Under the pieces are notes generated by a model. The model was not told the origin of the DNA. It did not search any database and worked only from the letters and a program-made list of their open reading frames with translations. A DNA stretch of 33,388 bases from Nemertoderma westbladi (lineage: Eukaryota > Animalia > Xenacoelomorpha): contig JAUCBJ010008721.1 of NCBI GenBank assembly GCA_032718475.1, positions 1 through 33,388 of the forward strand. The letters run 5' to 3'. Made by a program: the position numbers and the translations under genes. This document shows, piece by piece, positions 1-11,942 of the stretch; the stretch's first letter is position 1; the number at the start of each line of letters is the position of its first letter.

Positions 1-186
1 CCATGTCCGCTAAAACACGTATATAGCAGAATTACTTTTATGTCCGTTAAAACACCTGTAAAGGTACCTTGCGGGCGAGGGGAATATATATACAGTTAGA
101 AAACCTTTTTTAGAGTATTCCAGCGCCGGGGGGGGGAACTGGCCAGCAAAGGCAAACGTATCAGTTATCCCACAAAAGCTTTTACA
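1..186 (-). mobile_element. Terminus of an LTR related to the 1.1-kb LTR family at 25989-27086 and 29108-30250; truncated by the window edge
   Basis: Ends GTTATCCCACAAAAGCTTTTACA at 186, compared with GTTATGTCCGCAAAAGCTTTTACA ending at 30250. TTTTAGAGTATTC (ending at 120) is also shared with 30191-30203. The CRE reading frame begins right at this junction. Confidence 0.55.
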
Positions 187-1357
187 GAGGGTTGAAGCTG
201 AAAGTTACCGGCAATCTCAGAGACCAATCGTCACTGAAATAATGAAGGAGAGGGCAGAACTTAGAAAGATCAAGTGTGAAACAGTTCACGATCAGCTGTC
301 CTACGAGTCGAAGTACCTCCGTACACTTTCTTGCGAGAAGGGGGCCTCAGCATGGCTGTCAGCCATCCCTATTCAAAAATACGGATTTTCCCTACATAAA
401 ACAGCCTTCCGGGATAGTCTGTGTTTGCGATATGGGTGGCTGCCAGACAAGTTGCCTTCCCACTGTGTCTGCGGGATTCCATTCGACATCTCACACTGTC
501 TCCATTGCCCGACAGGTGGTTACCCTACCATAAGACACAATGAGATTAGGGACTACCTGGCCGAACTCCTCAATGAGGCAGCTCACGATGTTGAGGTAGA
601 GCCCACCCTACAACCTGTGGAAGACGAGGAGTTCCGGTTGGCTGGCACCACCCGCGAACCGGACGCCCGTCTCGATGTCGCCGCCAGTGGATTATGGGGA
701 GGTCGTTTCGAAAGGATTTACGTCGACGTGAAGATTTTCAACCCTCTATGCGCGTCGAACCCTCGTTCCATTCCCTCCGCATACAGAAAACACGAAGGCG
801 ACAAGCGGAGAAAGTACGAGGAGCGAGTGAACTCGATCGAGCACGCCGGATTCGTGCCCTTCGTCATGGCGACGACGGGTGGAGCCAGCCGAAGTGCGCA
901 TGCCATCATAAACCGGATCGCACTTATAATATCCGAAAAGAGAAACTCTCCCTATTCAAAGACTGTGCCCCTTATAAGAACCCGGTTGAATTTCGCTCTT
1001 CCCCGGTCTTCAATTATGTGTCTACGGGGGGTTAGGACTCCAAAACAGAAACGCCTAATCCAACCCTTCCGTGACATAGGGATGGAGTGCGCGGCGACTG
1101 AGGGGTTAAACGGCGACATCTAAGGGTTCTGGTAACTGGCCGCGAATATGGATAACAATAGTGTAACTGGAGAAAGAAGGTGGACAAAGAAATGATAACT
1201 TCTTATTGATGCTACTTATTGGACCTTCTTTTAATATTAACTATTTTAATAATTTTGTAACTTTAATACAGTACGTTGATTTTATCAGTTTGTGCTACTA
1301 CTACGGCAACATATTACGTTCTTTTGAATAAAAAGTGGAGTATCAGAAAAAAAAAAA
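187..1357 (+). mobile_element. CRE-like non-LTR retrotransposon 3' portion with 3' UTR and poly(A) tail
   Basis: RLE ORF, then an AT-rich UTR, AATAAA at 1327-1332 and A11 at 1347-1357. Confidence 0.8.
188..1123 (+). pseudogene. C-terminal part of a CRE-clade (RLE-type) non-LTR retrotransposon ORF: zinc knuckle plus restriction-like endonuclease; RT domain not present
   Basis: SAWL..P, F...LCLRYG, CVCG..HCLHC knuckle, RHNEIRD, EP, RLD, VDVK, KRRKY, PFVMATTGG and terminal MCLRG, all typical of CRE/RLE elements. The frame stays open upstream of ATG 242 to the LTR junction at about 188. Confidence 0.85.
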
Positions 1358-1371
1358 TCCTACTGTACACA

Positions 1372-1460
1372 GTACAGTACCTAATACAGTAATCTTAATC
1401 GTACTTTACTGTACGCAGTACAGCAAAACAATACACGCTCTACTGTATTAGGTACTGTAC
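1372..1460. repeat. Perfect 20-bp inverted repeat with a 49-bp spacer
   Basis: GTACAGTACCTAATACAGTA (1372-1391) is the reverse complement of TACTGTATTAGGTACTGTAC (1441-1460). Confidence 0.85.
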
Positions 1461-1870
1461 CGCTAATCTGCCGTCCAACAGTAAGTAGTGGTTTTGTATT
1501 TAGCAACCCTACATTACAATTAATATACTCCTGATTGCCCCGTCTAATAAATAGAGCAATTTGGGTCTTTATTGGTTGGGCTGGGGTAGTTTGTTTAACA
1601 GTAGAGCGTGCAGGCCTCTCCCGGATACATCTGGAGCTTCCTAACTAACCCAATTCCTGCCCCCTAATACTACAAAATAGAGACAAAATCTGGATTATCA
1701 GCCCCCTAACTGCCGTACCGGCGAACCTGGATCCCTACACCGTAAACCTCTAGCCGCGATAGTACTCCCGCCAGCACTGCTCGCCCTTGAATCCTCCGCA
1801 CTCCCTTCGTCGCTAACCCCCCAATGCGCCCGCCGCGCTTACCGGTAACTTAGCTCTCCGTCATAATGAG

Positions 1871-2010
1871 TGACGTATATGAATAGGGGGGTTTGGTGGA
1901 CTTAGTATGACGTATATTAGTGGTGTAAATATAAGTATGGGTATACAACAAACCAAGCATTAGGCCTAGGTGTACTGCATGATTGACAACTATAGCAGAA
2001 GTACTACACA
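1871..2010 (-). repeat. 3' LTR of the Gypsy element
   Basis: Direct repeat of 6702-6841. On the minus strand it is preceded by the purine tract AGGAAAGAAGTA (plus 2011-2022). Confidence 0.95.
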
Positions 2011-2191
2011 TACTTCTTTCCTGCATTGTTTTTGGTTGCCTAGCAACGATATACTATGTTGCTGAGTTACAGCGCTAGGATACCAATACAGCAAAACTTG
2101 ATTGTTTTTACGGCACTAGAGCATAGAATATATATAGTATTTATATTGTAGGTATAATTCAATGGGTCTCCCTGTCTCCCGATTGTGTATT

Positions 2192-5100
2192 TCACAAATA
2201 TATCGGGTCTGTGAATCCATAGCGCTGGGGGGGTCGGATATTGCGCCCAGAATGTGTAATTGATTGGGTCCGTTGGTCCGCGCGTTGTGGTGGGGTCGGT
2301 GCGGCAATGTCGGCCCAGGTCGGGGGTGTCACTGGCCTAGGGGCCTCGGGCTCTGGGGCAGCGGGCGGAGCGATTTGCGGGATAGCCGGGGGAGGGCTGG
2401 GTAGGATCGGAGTGGGAGTGGGTGGTCCACCTTCCGAGGCGGTGCGTGGGCGGAGGAAGACACGGTTGCGCTGCAGGATGCATCCACTCTCCTGGCGGAC
2501 CATGTAGTCGTGGTTCGCCAGCACCTCGACGACCACGCCTCGTCCCATCCAACGCTTGGTGGTAGCGTCTTGGACGAGGACGGGTGTCCCTACGGGTATG
2601 GCATGGAGGGGGCAGGTACGGAGGTCGTAGGCTGCGCGGAGGTTGCTTTTAGTCTGTTCGGCAACCTCGTCGAGTTCCTGGAAGCTCTTCCTCCACTTGG
2701 GGTCGAATGAGTTGAAGTGGGCGGGCAAAGCTTCCTGGATATTGCGTCCGTAGAGGAGTTCCGCATGTGAGCGCCCTCCATATCATGGGGTGTTGCGGAA
2801 CGCGAGTACACCCTGGGCTATAAGGTCGATGTCGTGGTTGGCGCCCCGGACGAGTCGCTTCATCACCTTGACGGCGGCTTTGGCGTGGCCGTTTGTGCGG
2901 GGTAGGTGGGGCGACGACGGTTTTAAGTGAACCCCCCAGTTGTTGAGGAAGTTCTTCACGGCCTCGGATACGAACTGTGGGCTGCCATCTGGGTGGAACT
3001 CCAGGGGGACTGCTGTGGCGGGGAACAGGAGCCGGAGGTTACGGATGATGGCAGCGGATGTCGTATCGGAACCGAGGAGGAACAACGTGGGCCAGCCGGT
3101 ATATTCGTTGGTGGCGACCATGTAGTTGGTGCTGTCGACGACAAATAGGTCGGCGTGGATCCTCTGGAATGGGCGGGTGGTCTCGGGGTTCCGTTGGAGG
3201 GGTTCTGGTGCGTGGGAGGGCAGGGACGACTGGCAGGACTGGCAGCATTCGATGGCGACGGCGATGTCGTTCGATATCGTAGGCCACCAGACCGACCGGG
3301 CCGCGCGTTCCCGGGTTTTATTGAGTCCCTGGTGGGCGGCGTGGAGCAGTTGGAGGGTGTTGGGCCGGAGCGCCCCCGGGATGTAGACCTGCGGCCCGCG
3401 AAGGATTACTCCATCACGGACCATCAGTTCAGTGCGGTGCTGGAAGTAGGGCCACATGTTGTCATTAGCCAGCCAGCCGTCCCGGATCGTGGCGAGACGC
3501 GCCACGTAGATCGGGTCGACGGCACCGGCTGTCCGGATCTCCTGGAGGCGGGCATCGCGGTCGTCGATCGTCGGAATGGACTCGGCGAGGGCAGCGGAGA
3601 CGATAAACTCGCGGTCGTTGTCATCTTCGGCTGCGAGGAAGAAGTCGTCCGGAGTGGGTTTCTTGCACGGGCAGCGGGAGAACGCGTCGGCAACGAGGTG
3701 GCGGGCCCCTTTCTGGTGGCGCGCGGTAAAGTTAAACCGCGAGAGGGCCGTCTTCAGCTTTAGTACCCGATTGTTAGTGACTTGGTCGAGTCGCCTGTCG
3801 TTTAGGATGGGTATTAAGGGGCTGCAGTCGGTGACTAGTTCGAAGTGGTTCAGCCCGTGTAGAAAGTACCGGCATTTATGAGCCGCCCATGCCGCCCCGA
3901 GGGCCTCCAGCTCGGCCATCCTGGACCAGTTTGCCTCGTGTTTGGCGAGTGTTCGGGAGTCGCACTGGATGGTGAGCCATCGGTTTGGGGCCGGGTGCCA
4001 CTGCTGGAGGAGGAAGCCAAGGCCGTGGAGGCGCGAGGCGTCAGTCAGTAGTTCAGTCCGCCTGTCGGGGTGGAAACCTGAGAGGTATAGTGGACTCGAC
4101 AGCGCGGTCCGGGTTGCCTTGAACGCGTTCTGGTGCTGCGGAAGCCAAACCCAGGCGGCCCTGTCCGTGTTGAGACCGCGGAGGGGGTCGACGAGTTGGG
4201 AGATCTCGGGAGTCGAGTTTCCCAACTGTTGGACGTGGCCCAGGAATGAACGAGGTTCGCGGCGGTTAGTTGGGGCCAGGAAGTGGTGGAGGTCGTCGGT
4301 GAGGGCTGGATCGATATGGTAGTGCCCGTGACTGACAAGGTAGCCCCCGAACCGGACCTCGGGGAGGCAGTACTGAACTTTGTCGGTGTTCAGCAATACG
4401 TTGGTGGTGTCGCAGGCTGCGAGGACGCAGGCGACGGCCTCCGGGTGTTCCTCGGCCGTGTCGGTGTGGATGATGACATCCTCCACTATCCGCCCGATGT
4501 TGGGGACTCCGCTGAGGGCGCGCACCATCCTCGCGTTAAACACATTGGAGCTGCCGTGCCACCCCATGGGCATCCGTCGGTAGCGGAAGCGGCCGCGTGG
4601 GGTTGTGAAGGTGGTGAGACGGCGGCTGGCGAGGTCGAGGCCCACCTGGTGAAACCCTTTAAGACCGTCGAGAACGGTGAAGTAGCGGGCCGAGGTGGGA
4701 ATTCTCGAGACGACGTGGAACGGAGAGGGGGAGAAGTAGTTGGGGCGAACTGTGGCTTTATTAAGTTCGCGTAAATCAACCGTTATGCGGACTTTGTTGG
4801 GGTCGCTTTTCTTCCGCGTGACGACCATCGGGCTGAGCCACTCGCCCGGGTTGTTCTCGTCCACGGCGAGCTCCAGGATTCCCATGGCGATCTGGTTGTC
4901 GAGTTCCCGGTTGAACGCAGCCTCCAGGTTGACAGGGATGGAGCGGTTCGTATAGGACTGGTTGGGCTGGGCGCCGGGGGTGAGGTTTATGGTGAGTTCC
5001 CCTCCCGCCATGATTCGGCACTGCCCTGACAGTGGGCGGGGGAAACGGCGGTGTAGGGCTTCCCAGTCGGAGTGGGCGGATGCTACTGGGGGTGCCGGAG

Positions 5101-5560
5101 CGCCCGGTGGGGATGACAGTGTGTTGGCGTTGGGTTTGGGTGGCCCAACCAGGACTGGTGGCTGGGCATCGGTGGGTGGCAGCGGAGTGATTGGCTTGGT
5201 TTGTTCTATAACCATGTGGTTCGTGATTGCCACCAAGTTGCCACTGCGGAGTATCGGACTCTGCAGTACTCCCAGGGTGAAACACACCCTTCGGGAGAGG
5301 AGGGGCTGTTGCAACCCGTCGAGCACCCATAGGTTGGTGGTGCACACAGTTCCGAGGGCGGTGCACTGGAGGGTGGCGTTAAATATCCCCGTAAAGGTCC
5401 ACCCGAGGCGGCTCCCATTGGTGAGGCGGGGTGCCAGCGGGGTCTCGGAGTCCTTGTGGCTCGTCATCGGTTGGCCATCGGGGTGGCGGAGGTTCTCGTG
5501 GCGGCCTCCGAACGCCCTGTAGATCCGCCAAGGGATGGTGGTCACGTTGGCTCCGGAGTC
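2192..5560 (-). pseudogene. pol: Gypsy pol (protease, RT, RNase H, integrase) with an internal stop at 2783-2785
   Basis: Protease DSGANVTTI near 5560-5535. RT motifs WLSPMVV, VDLRELN, LDGLKGFHQV, FTTPRGRFRYRRMPMG, IVED. RNase H LLTDAS, ELEALG, VTDCSPL. Integrase H-H-C-C, HADLF, PDGSPQF, NGHAK (K at the third catalytic E position). The integrase C-terminus continues in ORF 2192-2728. Confidence 0.93.
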
Positions 5561-6634
5561 CTGACAGCTCCGGGATACCTCGGGTCGGGTCTTTGGTGAC
5601 CTGGAAGCCGATGGTCACGGTTTCGAGGGACTCGAGTCTCTCCATGGCCAAGACATCCGGGATGGAGTCCAGGTCGAGTCCGTCCAGGATCGTGGACCAG
5701 ACCTGGGCATTGTGGGCGGACTCGTGGTCGTCCCGTCCGTTGTCGGGTTCCTGGGTGGTGTAGTTGGTCCGTGGGTTCGGCGTTGGACGGCTGCGGCACA
5801 TTCGGTCATAGTGGCCGACTTGGTTGCAGTGGCGGCAACGGGCCATAGCGCCCGGACAACGTTTGCCGGTCTGGTGTGGGGGGTAACCGCACTGAGGGCA
5901 CTTGGAGGATGACTTCGGTTGTCACTCCTCGTGGACCGGGCCCTGTTGGTAGCGCCGGGGTGCGGCTGTAACGCGGGTGACGGCGGCGGTGGGGTTCGAG
6001 GGCAGGGCGAGCTATACGGCGTCCTTGCGTGCTGCCCAGACGGCTTGGGCGAGCCGCAGTGCATTGCCGAGGGAACAGTCGTTGGGGAGGCGGAGGAGTT
6101 GCTCTGTAACTTCTTTGTCACCGAATCCCGCAGTGAACTGGTCCAGGAGGCAGTCCTCTTAGTGGCGAGCGCGGCGAAGTCGCACTTGGCGGCCAGGTCC
6201 CGGAGGGTGACGAGGAAGGACTCCGGACTCTCCTCGGGGAGGCGGTGACGTCGGGCCAACTGCTGCCAGTAAACCCGTTGGTTGGTCCCGCCGTCGATGT
6301 GCCGTCCCAACTGATCGATGACGTCCTCTGAGTTCGCGTTTTGTTTGGTGGTAAGGGCGAGCCCCTTTACTACCGCGTTAGTGGCGCGAGAGAATGCCGC
6401 AGTGAGCGCGGCGCGACGTAGGCGGAGGGTGGATCGACGTAGGTCGTTGGTGACGGCAGCATTCGGGGGATTCGCCGGGTCGGAGATGAACAGGTTGAGG
6501 AGTCCCGATGTGGCGAGGAAGGCGTCCCATTCATCCTTCCAGAGGTCCCACGTTGCCTTCTCTGACTCGATGTCGAAGGCGGGTGGGGAGCTTCGCAGGA
6601 TGAAGGTGTGGGGGTTTCGTGGATCTGTCGCCAT
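5561..6634 (-). pseudogene. gag: Gypsy gag, frameshifted, with two CCHC knuckles
   Basis: ATG at 6634 just after the PBS. WDLWKDEWDAF and ESPESFLVTLRDLAAKCDF are Mag-type gag segments. Knuckles CPQCGY..H...C and CRHCNQVGHYDRMC lie in shifted frames near 5900-5790. Confidence 0.85.
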
Positions 6635-6683
6635 GTTGCTAGTGGGGAATAGTAGGAGTTCGTAGGTCCAGTTTATCGGCGTG

Positions 6684-6701
6684 TTCGGCAGCACTGCGCC
6701 A
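6684..6701 (-). promoter_or_regulatory. Primer binding site (tRNA 3' end complement, possibly tRNA-Ser)
   Basis: TGGCGCAGTGC... directly follows the 5' LTR on the minus strand. The tRNA identity is tentative. Confidence 0.75.
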
Positions 6702-6841
6702 TGACGTATATGAATAGGGGGGTTTGGTGGACTTAGTATGACGTATATTAGTGGTGTAAATATAAGTATGGGTATAGAACAAACCAAGCATTAGGCCTAG
6801 GTGTACTGCATGACTGACAACTATAGCAGAAGTACTACACA
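6702..6841 (-). repeat. 5' LTR of the Gypsy element
   Basis: Direct repeat of 1871-2010, followed on the minus strand by the PBS. Confidence 0.95.
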
Positions 6842-7589
6842 ATGAGTAGCTACCGTAGCGGCACATGCAAATCACAAAGTCTGACAGTCTAAGAAATCAC
6901 GTAGGATTATTGTCGAAAGGAATCACATAGAACCATTTACTAAAGGGTAGAAATCATAGTTCCAATTTGTAATTAACAGTGATCGTTGAGATTGATCGAG
7001 AAACACAAACAAGAATCAAACAGAAATTGCAACTTAGCAAATCATTGCAAGAAATCAAAAGGGCAGTAATTTACACAGAAAACTAAGCATCGAATAATAG
7101 TGGAAGGTGAGCTGGGTTGGTTTCGTTTGTGTGTGTGTGTTCGTTAACAATGGAAGTAGGCCAATTTATAGGTGATTTGAGAAGGGTGATGCAATCGATC
7201 TCTCATTGGCTCCCCAATCCGAGCTACCATTAGACCAACCTGGAAGCAGTTAGGCCAATAAGAGAGCCGGATTGTGAACCTATTGCTCCCTGAAATCGCA
7301 AATTGCCACCATATAAGGTAATTTTGCCGATGCTTAATTTCGCGGTACTAATAATATCATGCACAAATATAAATTTAGCGCAATTATAAAGAAATTAAAA
7401 CCAGTAGCTAGGCTCATCAAGGTTAATAACGGCAAGCCCATATCCAAGGTCCAACAAGGACTTGCTACCCTGGAACTATCTACTTATATCCTATTACAAA
7501 ATTACATAGGTAGGCAGTTGTTGTCTATATGTGTTTAGCCTACGGCCATACCTCAGACAGTACTGCACCTACCGGTACGGTGGTACGAG

Positions 7590-8413
7590 ATGCCAGCAGG
7601 CAGGTGGAAAAGTATGCCGTTGCCTGATAACTTACAACATGTTGACGCTATAAGTGTGCTAACAGCCGCACAAATTAATAAGTTGAACAATGCACAGCTG
7701 AAGGAGGCGCTGACACGACTAACTGAGCACCAACAGTTGGGGAATACAGCGAATACCGGTGCCGGTACCTCAACTGCCGGAGTCTCAGGTGGTGTGGGAG
7801 ATGGCGGTGTTAGTAGACAGATTTTGGAGGAGATCAGATCATTAAGGGATGAGGTGAAACAGTTATCGACGCTAAAGGTGAACATCAAAATTAAACTCCG
7901 CATTCTCGATTATTAATCAGCAGCAGGCTTATCTCGAGCGAATCGACGGGGATAAACGGCGACTAAACCTTATTTTCACAGGAGTCGCCGAGGCTACGAT
8001 GGATAATGAAGATAATCTTGTGAATAAGGTTAAAGAAACTGTTCTAGCAATGCAGCTTAACGATGAAATGGTAGAGCAAGTTCAGCACTGGGACATCAGG
8101 CGGCTTGGTCAGCAGCGAAGTGATGCTTGGAGGAGCCGACCAATTCTGGTTGTTGTCCCCAATGCAGAAACGAGCTTAGCGATAATTTCTGCTGCAAAGA
8201 ACCTGAAGACAGCAGGAGATGATTACAGGAAGGTCTATGTAAAGCGGGATACCCATCCCGCTGTCAGACGAGGAGGCTCGTCTGAGGAAGCGGGTCCACG
8301 ATGAGCGTGCTAGGCCGGAAAACCAGGGTGTCACGATTACGTACGATTATAAACGGCGTGTTGTGCTGCGGGAAAATGTACCTATAGATCGATACTCATG
8401 CCCTCTATTTTAG
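7590..8413 (+). pseudogene. LINE ORF1 with two frameshifts (about 7910 and 8270)
   Basis: Coiled-coil-like ILEEIRSLRDEV, then RRLNLIFTGVAE, IRRLG...RPILV, AKNLK..KVYVKRD.HP and ENQG..YDYKRRVV..IDRY, typical of CR1/L2/RTEX-type ORF1. Ends at TAG 8411-8413. Confidence 0.75.
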
Positions 8414-11400
8414 GGGTGTGGGGCACAGAGTCCCTTCGTCGGGAACTCAGATAATTACAAGGAATTAAGAGTTCTAGCTTGGAATATTTGTAGTGTAAAG
8501 GATAAACTGTTAAATCGAGATGTACTTTCAATTTTAATGGATTACGATGTTGTATTTATTAGCGAAATTAAAACTCGGTGTAACATCAGGATACCTGGAT
8601 TTATCACGTACCCGAATGTGTCTGACTCGCCCCACAGAGGGGGTATCATAATGCTGATTAAGTCAAGCCTCAACGATTATGTTGAAAGAATTGACGCATC
8701 TATTGAGGGACAGATCTGGTTTGAATCGACTCTCATACCCGGGCTGTTATTGGGTGGAATATATATCCCCCCTATGCGGTCACCATACTTTACTGAGTCG
8801 CTGTTAGCGAGTATACACGGAAAACTAATTGAGAATAAGAAAGTCATTGTTTGCGGAGACTTCAACGCACGAGTTGGGAAACCAGATCTACTGATTTTTG
8901 ATGAGGCCTTCACAACGACAGCTGCGATTTATCATGATGTACGTGATATGGTGGTTAATCCGATGGGTACTCGACTTCTGGACGTTTGTCGGTCATCTGA
9001 TTCGGTAGTGCTAAACCATTTGCTCAAACCAGATGGCGCTCAACTAGGTGGAGGACTGTCTTACAGGCAGGGAAAGATCTGGAAGTCTGAAATAGATTTG
9101 GCTGTATCTACGGCGTCGGCATTGAGGTTGGTCAACTCAGTGGAATTAAAACCGGATTATACCTGCTCGGACCACGCACCTTTATCAGTCAACATTCACG
9201 TTGATCCCCAAACTTGTTTCTCGTTACCGAAGTTAGTAGAAAGATCTGAAACTCTGGGTATAAGTATATGTGAGAGATCACAGGGAACTGCTACTACCCC
9301 GCGAACTCTATCTCATAGTAGAGTAAACTGCGAAAGATTTACACAATTAATGACCTCGATAAACCCGCTCCACTGAATGTGAATTCAGAAGAGGCTTCAG
9401 ATGAATGCGTACGTCAGACTTTTCGTACCATCGATGAAACCGCTAGAACCTGTTCTTGTGCTAGAACAGACACAGTCCATTCTGATAAATCTAGATGGGA
9501 GCGCCTGGTGTCGGGGAATGATCCAAAATTAATTTGGACAGCTATAAATTGGAAGGGTTTTTTAGAACAGGATAACACGACAAGCAAAACGATGCCTGAA
9601 GATATGTGCTTCAAGTCACATTTCGAGAACTTGTTGGGGGATAGTCAGCGTTCAGTTAAGCCTGTAGAGTTTGTGGACCTCAGTGATGCCCCATATGTCC
9701 CGTGTCTGGATGACCCGTTCACAGAAAGGGAGTTTGCGGAGACATTGGCAGACATAAAGCCAAACAAGGGATACATCGGGATTGCCCTGGGTCTCTTTTT
9801 GGCCTTACCTGGAAATTGGCTCTTGTTCTTCCTGTCTCTACTGAACTCCGTCTTCCAATTTAATTGGTACCCGAAAAGTTGGCGTTGCAGTAAACTCTTA
9901 GTATTATTTAAGTCAGGATGTCGGATGGCCTGCGGGAACTATCGCGGGATCTCTATAATGTCTACATTAGCCAAGGTGTACGATCTCCTGTTAAATGCGA
10001 GACTAATGCGGTGGTGTAGAATTGACAAGGCACAAGCGGGCGGACAACCCGGCCACGGCTGTATGGAACATATTGTTGCCTTACGCTTGATAATTGATTA
10101 CGCGATGTGTAAAAGACAGAAGCTGTATATAATATTCGTCGACCTCAGCAAGGCTTACGATCGTGTTCCAAGGGACTTGCTATTACAACACCTAAAAGGT
10201 CTCGGTTGTGGCGGCATTATGTTGTGTGCGCTTAGAGCCGCATATACCGGTACCAAACAGATGCTGAAAAGTGCACTAATAATTACTACAGTAGGTGTCC
10301 GTCAGGGGGCGCCAACCTCAGTTACATTATTTTGCATTTATATAGATAGATTGGTTACTATGATATCATCAGCTGTGCGGACTGATGGGTTTTTGGGTGT
10401 TATACATGTTTTATTATTAATGGATGACACGGTTATTTTAGCTTGTTCCCGTGAAAGTGCAATTGCTAAATTAGAGGGTTTGAATTCTTTCTGTAAAATT
10501 TCTGGTATGAGAGTAAACGAAAAGAAAACGAAATTTTTTGTCATTAATGGTAATGCCTACGATAAACAACCATTTTGTAATATTATAGAAAACGTTACGG
10601 TTAGACTTTATGAAAGTTATTTATACTTAGGTGTTTACTTTACTGGCGATGGCCGTGTAAATTCTAGTATATATGTGCAAAAATCGAAGTGGGAGGAAAC
10701 TGCGAATAAGTTTGCTATTTTTTGTTCTGTTAATTCTAGCATGCCCTTTCATATTAAAAGAAAGGTTTTTGATGCAGCGGTGTTATCTGGTTTGTTATAT
10801 GGTTCTGAATCCTGGTTATCTACCAACACTAAAATAATATCTAGGTATTATTATTCTATGGTGAAATCGTTGTTAGGTGTACGGCACGCGTGTCGACACC
10901 AAATGAACTCTGCTTACTAGAAATTGGTTTACCTTATATAGATTATTACATTTGTCGAGCTAGGAAAAGGTTCATTGGTAAAATGTTAAAAAATAATAAC
11001 AGCGATTTACCCTTCCGTAGGATATTTGATATGTGTAAAGAAAATAATACCAGTGGTTACTTAATGCTAAAAGAAGCGATCGATTTTAATGAAAAACTAG
11101 ATCCCCTGATTAACGTAATAAACAGTATAAAAAATAGACCTAATAGTGCGACTAAATTTGAAACATATAAAACTATTATTAATCCAAACTTGAAACCGCA
11201 TCCTCTATATTTTCATACATCGACTTACGTACCGGATTATATTAGGCTTAACTTTACCAGGGTTCGGCTTATGCCCCATTGCTTAATGCTTAGGTGTGGA
11301 GACTGGTCGTTGGTCACGCATACCCAGGGAGCAGCGGGTCTGCCCGTGTGACGGTCTGTCTGTACAGACTGAGTCACATGTATTGCTTGACTGTCCCACC

Positions 11401-11526
11401 TCACAGCACCTTCGCAACAACGAGGCAAATTCTGGTCTAATGTTTTCTTTGTTAAGCGATTTGTTTGACCCTAGTAAGGTAATGTATTTTCGATTGTGTA
11501 AGTTAAGTATATTAGTGTTGTTCTAG
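8414..11526 (+). pseudogene. LINE ORF2: AP endonuclease plus reverse transcriptase, with frameshifts near 9376, 10890 and 11290
   Basis: APE motifs LRVLAWN, ISE, GG, YIPP, GDFNAR, ID, SDH. RT motifs NYRGIS, QAG, FVDLSKAYDRV, GVRQG, LMDD, KTK, YLGV. C-terminal ETGRW..RVCPC...TESHVLLDC. Confidence 0.92.
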
Positions 11527-11801
11527 AATTATACAAATAATGATTATTCTCTGGACAATGTCTGAATCATTTATTGAGTTAGATAGTGCTTTGTGCCCGA
11601 TGTTAGATTGTTTTATGATTATATACAATATTGATGTAATGTGGTGTTATATATATTGTTAGATATTGTCAATAAATAAATAAATAAAAATAGGGCTACA
11701 TACTATGCAAAATGGATGAGTTCAAATGTATGGGCGTTTCAACTTCCTTATCTAAATATTATTGCGCGTTATGCCTTATCTAAATAATTATACTGCATCA
11801 C

Positions 11802-11890
11802 GGACTAATATATGATACTATATAATGGACTAATATATGATACTATATAATGGACTAATATTTTATACTGTATAATGGACTGATATTTTA
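11802..11890. repeat. 25-bp minisatellite, about 3.5 copies
   Basis: GGACTAATATATGATACTATATAAT units start at 11802, 11827, 11852 and 11877. Confidence 0.9.
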
Positions 11891-11942
11891 CATAATGTAG
11901 GTACAGCGCCATATACCGTAACAGGATCGTTTTTCTAGCACG

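Larger units (their letters stand above)
1871..6841 (-). mobile_element. Full-length but decayed Ty3/Gypsy LTR retrotransposon, Mag-like
   Basis: Two 140-bp TG...CA LTRs (1871-2010 and 6702-6841) differing at 2 positions, TSD ATGAG (1866-1870 and 6842-6846), PBS, PPT, and domain order gag-PR-RT-RH-IN. The Mag-like call rests on the short LTRs and tandem CCHC knuckles. Confidence 0.95.
7590..11690 (+). mobile_element. Near full-length APE-RT LINE (RTEX-like by tentative motif recall), decayed
   Basis: ORF1, then ORF2 (APE, RT, C-terminal CCHC), a short 3' UTR and a (TAAA)n tail at 11671-11690. The exact 5' end and any TSD were not resolved. Confidence 0.9.

Noticed and set aside
2116-6875. 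Many short overlapping or antisense ORFs across the Gypsy element
   Set aside because: They are shadow frames of GC-rich gag-pol with no independent motifs.
6847-7550. Promoter-like region with CCAAT boxes, a TATA-like motif and (GT)n; also searched for the LINE TSD
   Set aside because: The motifs are too short to be significant, and no convincing TSD matching the sequence after 11690 was found.
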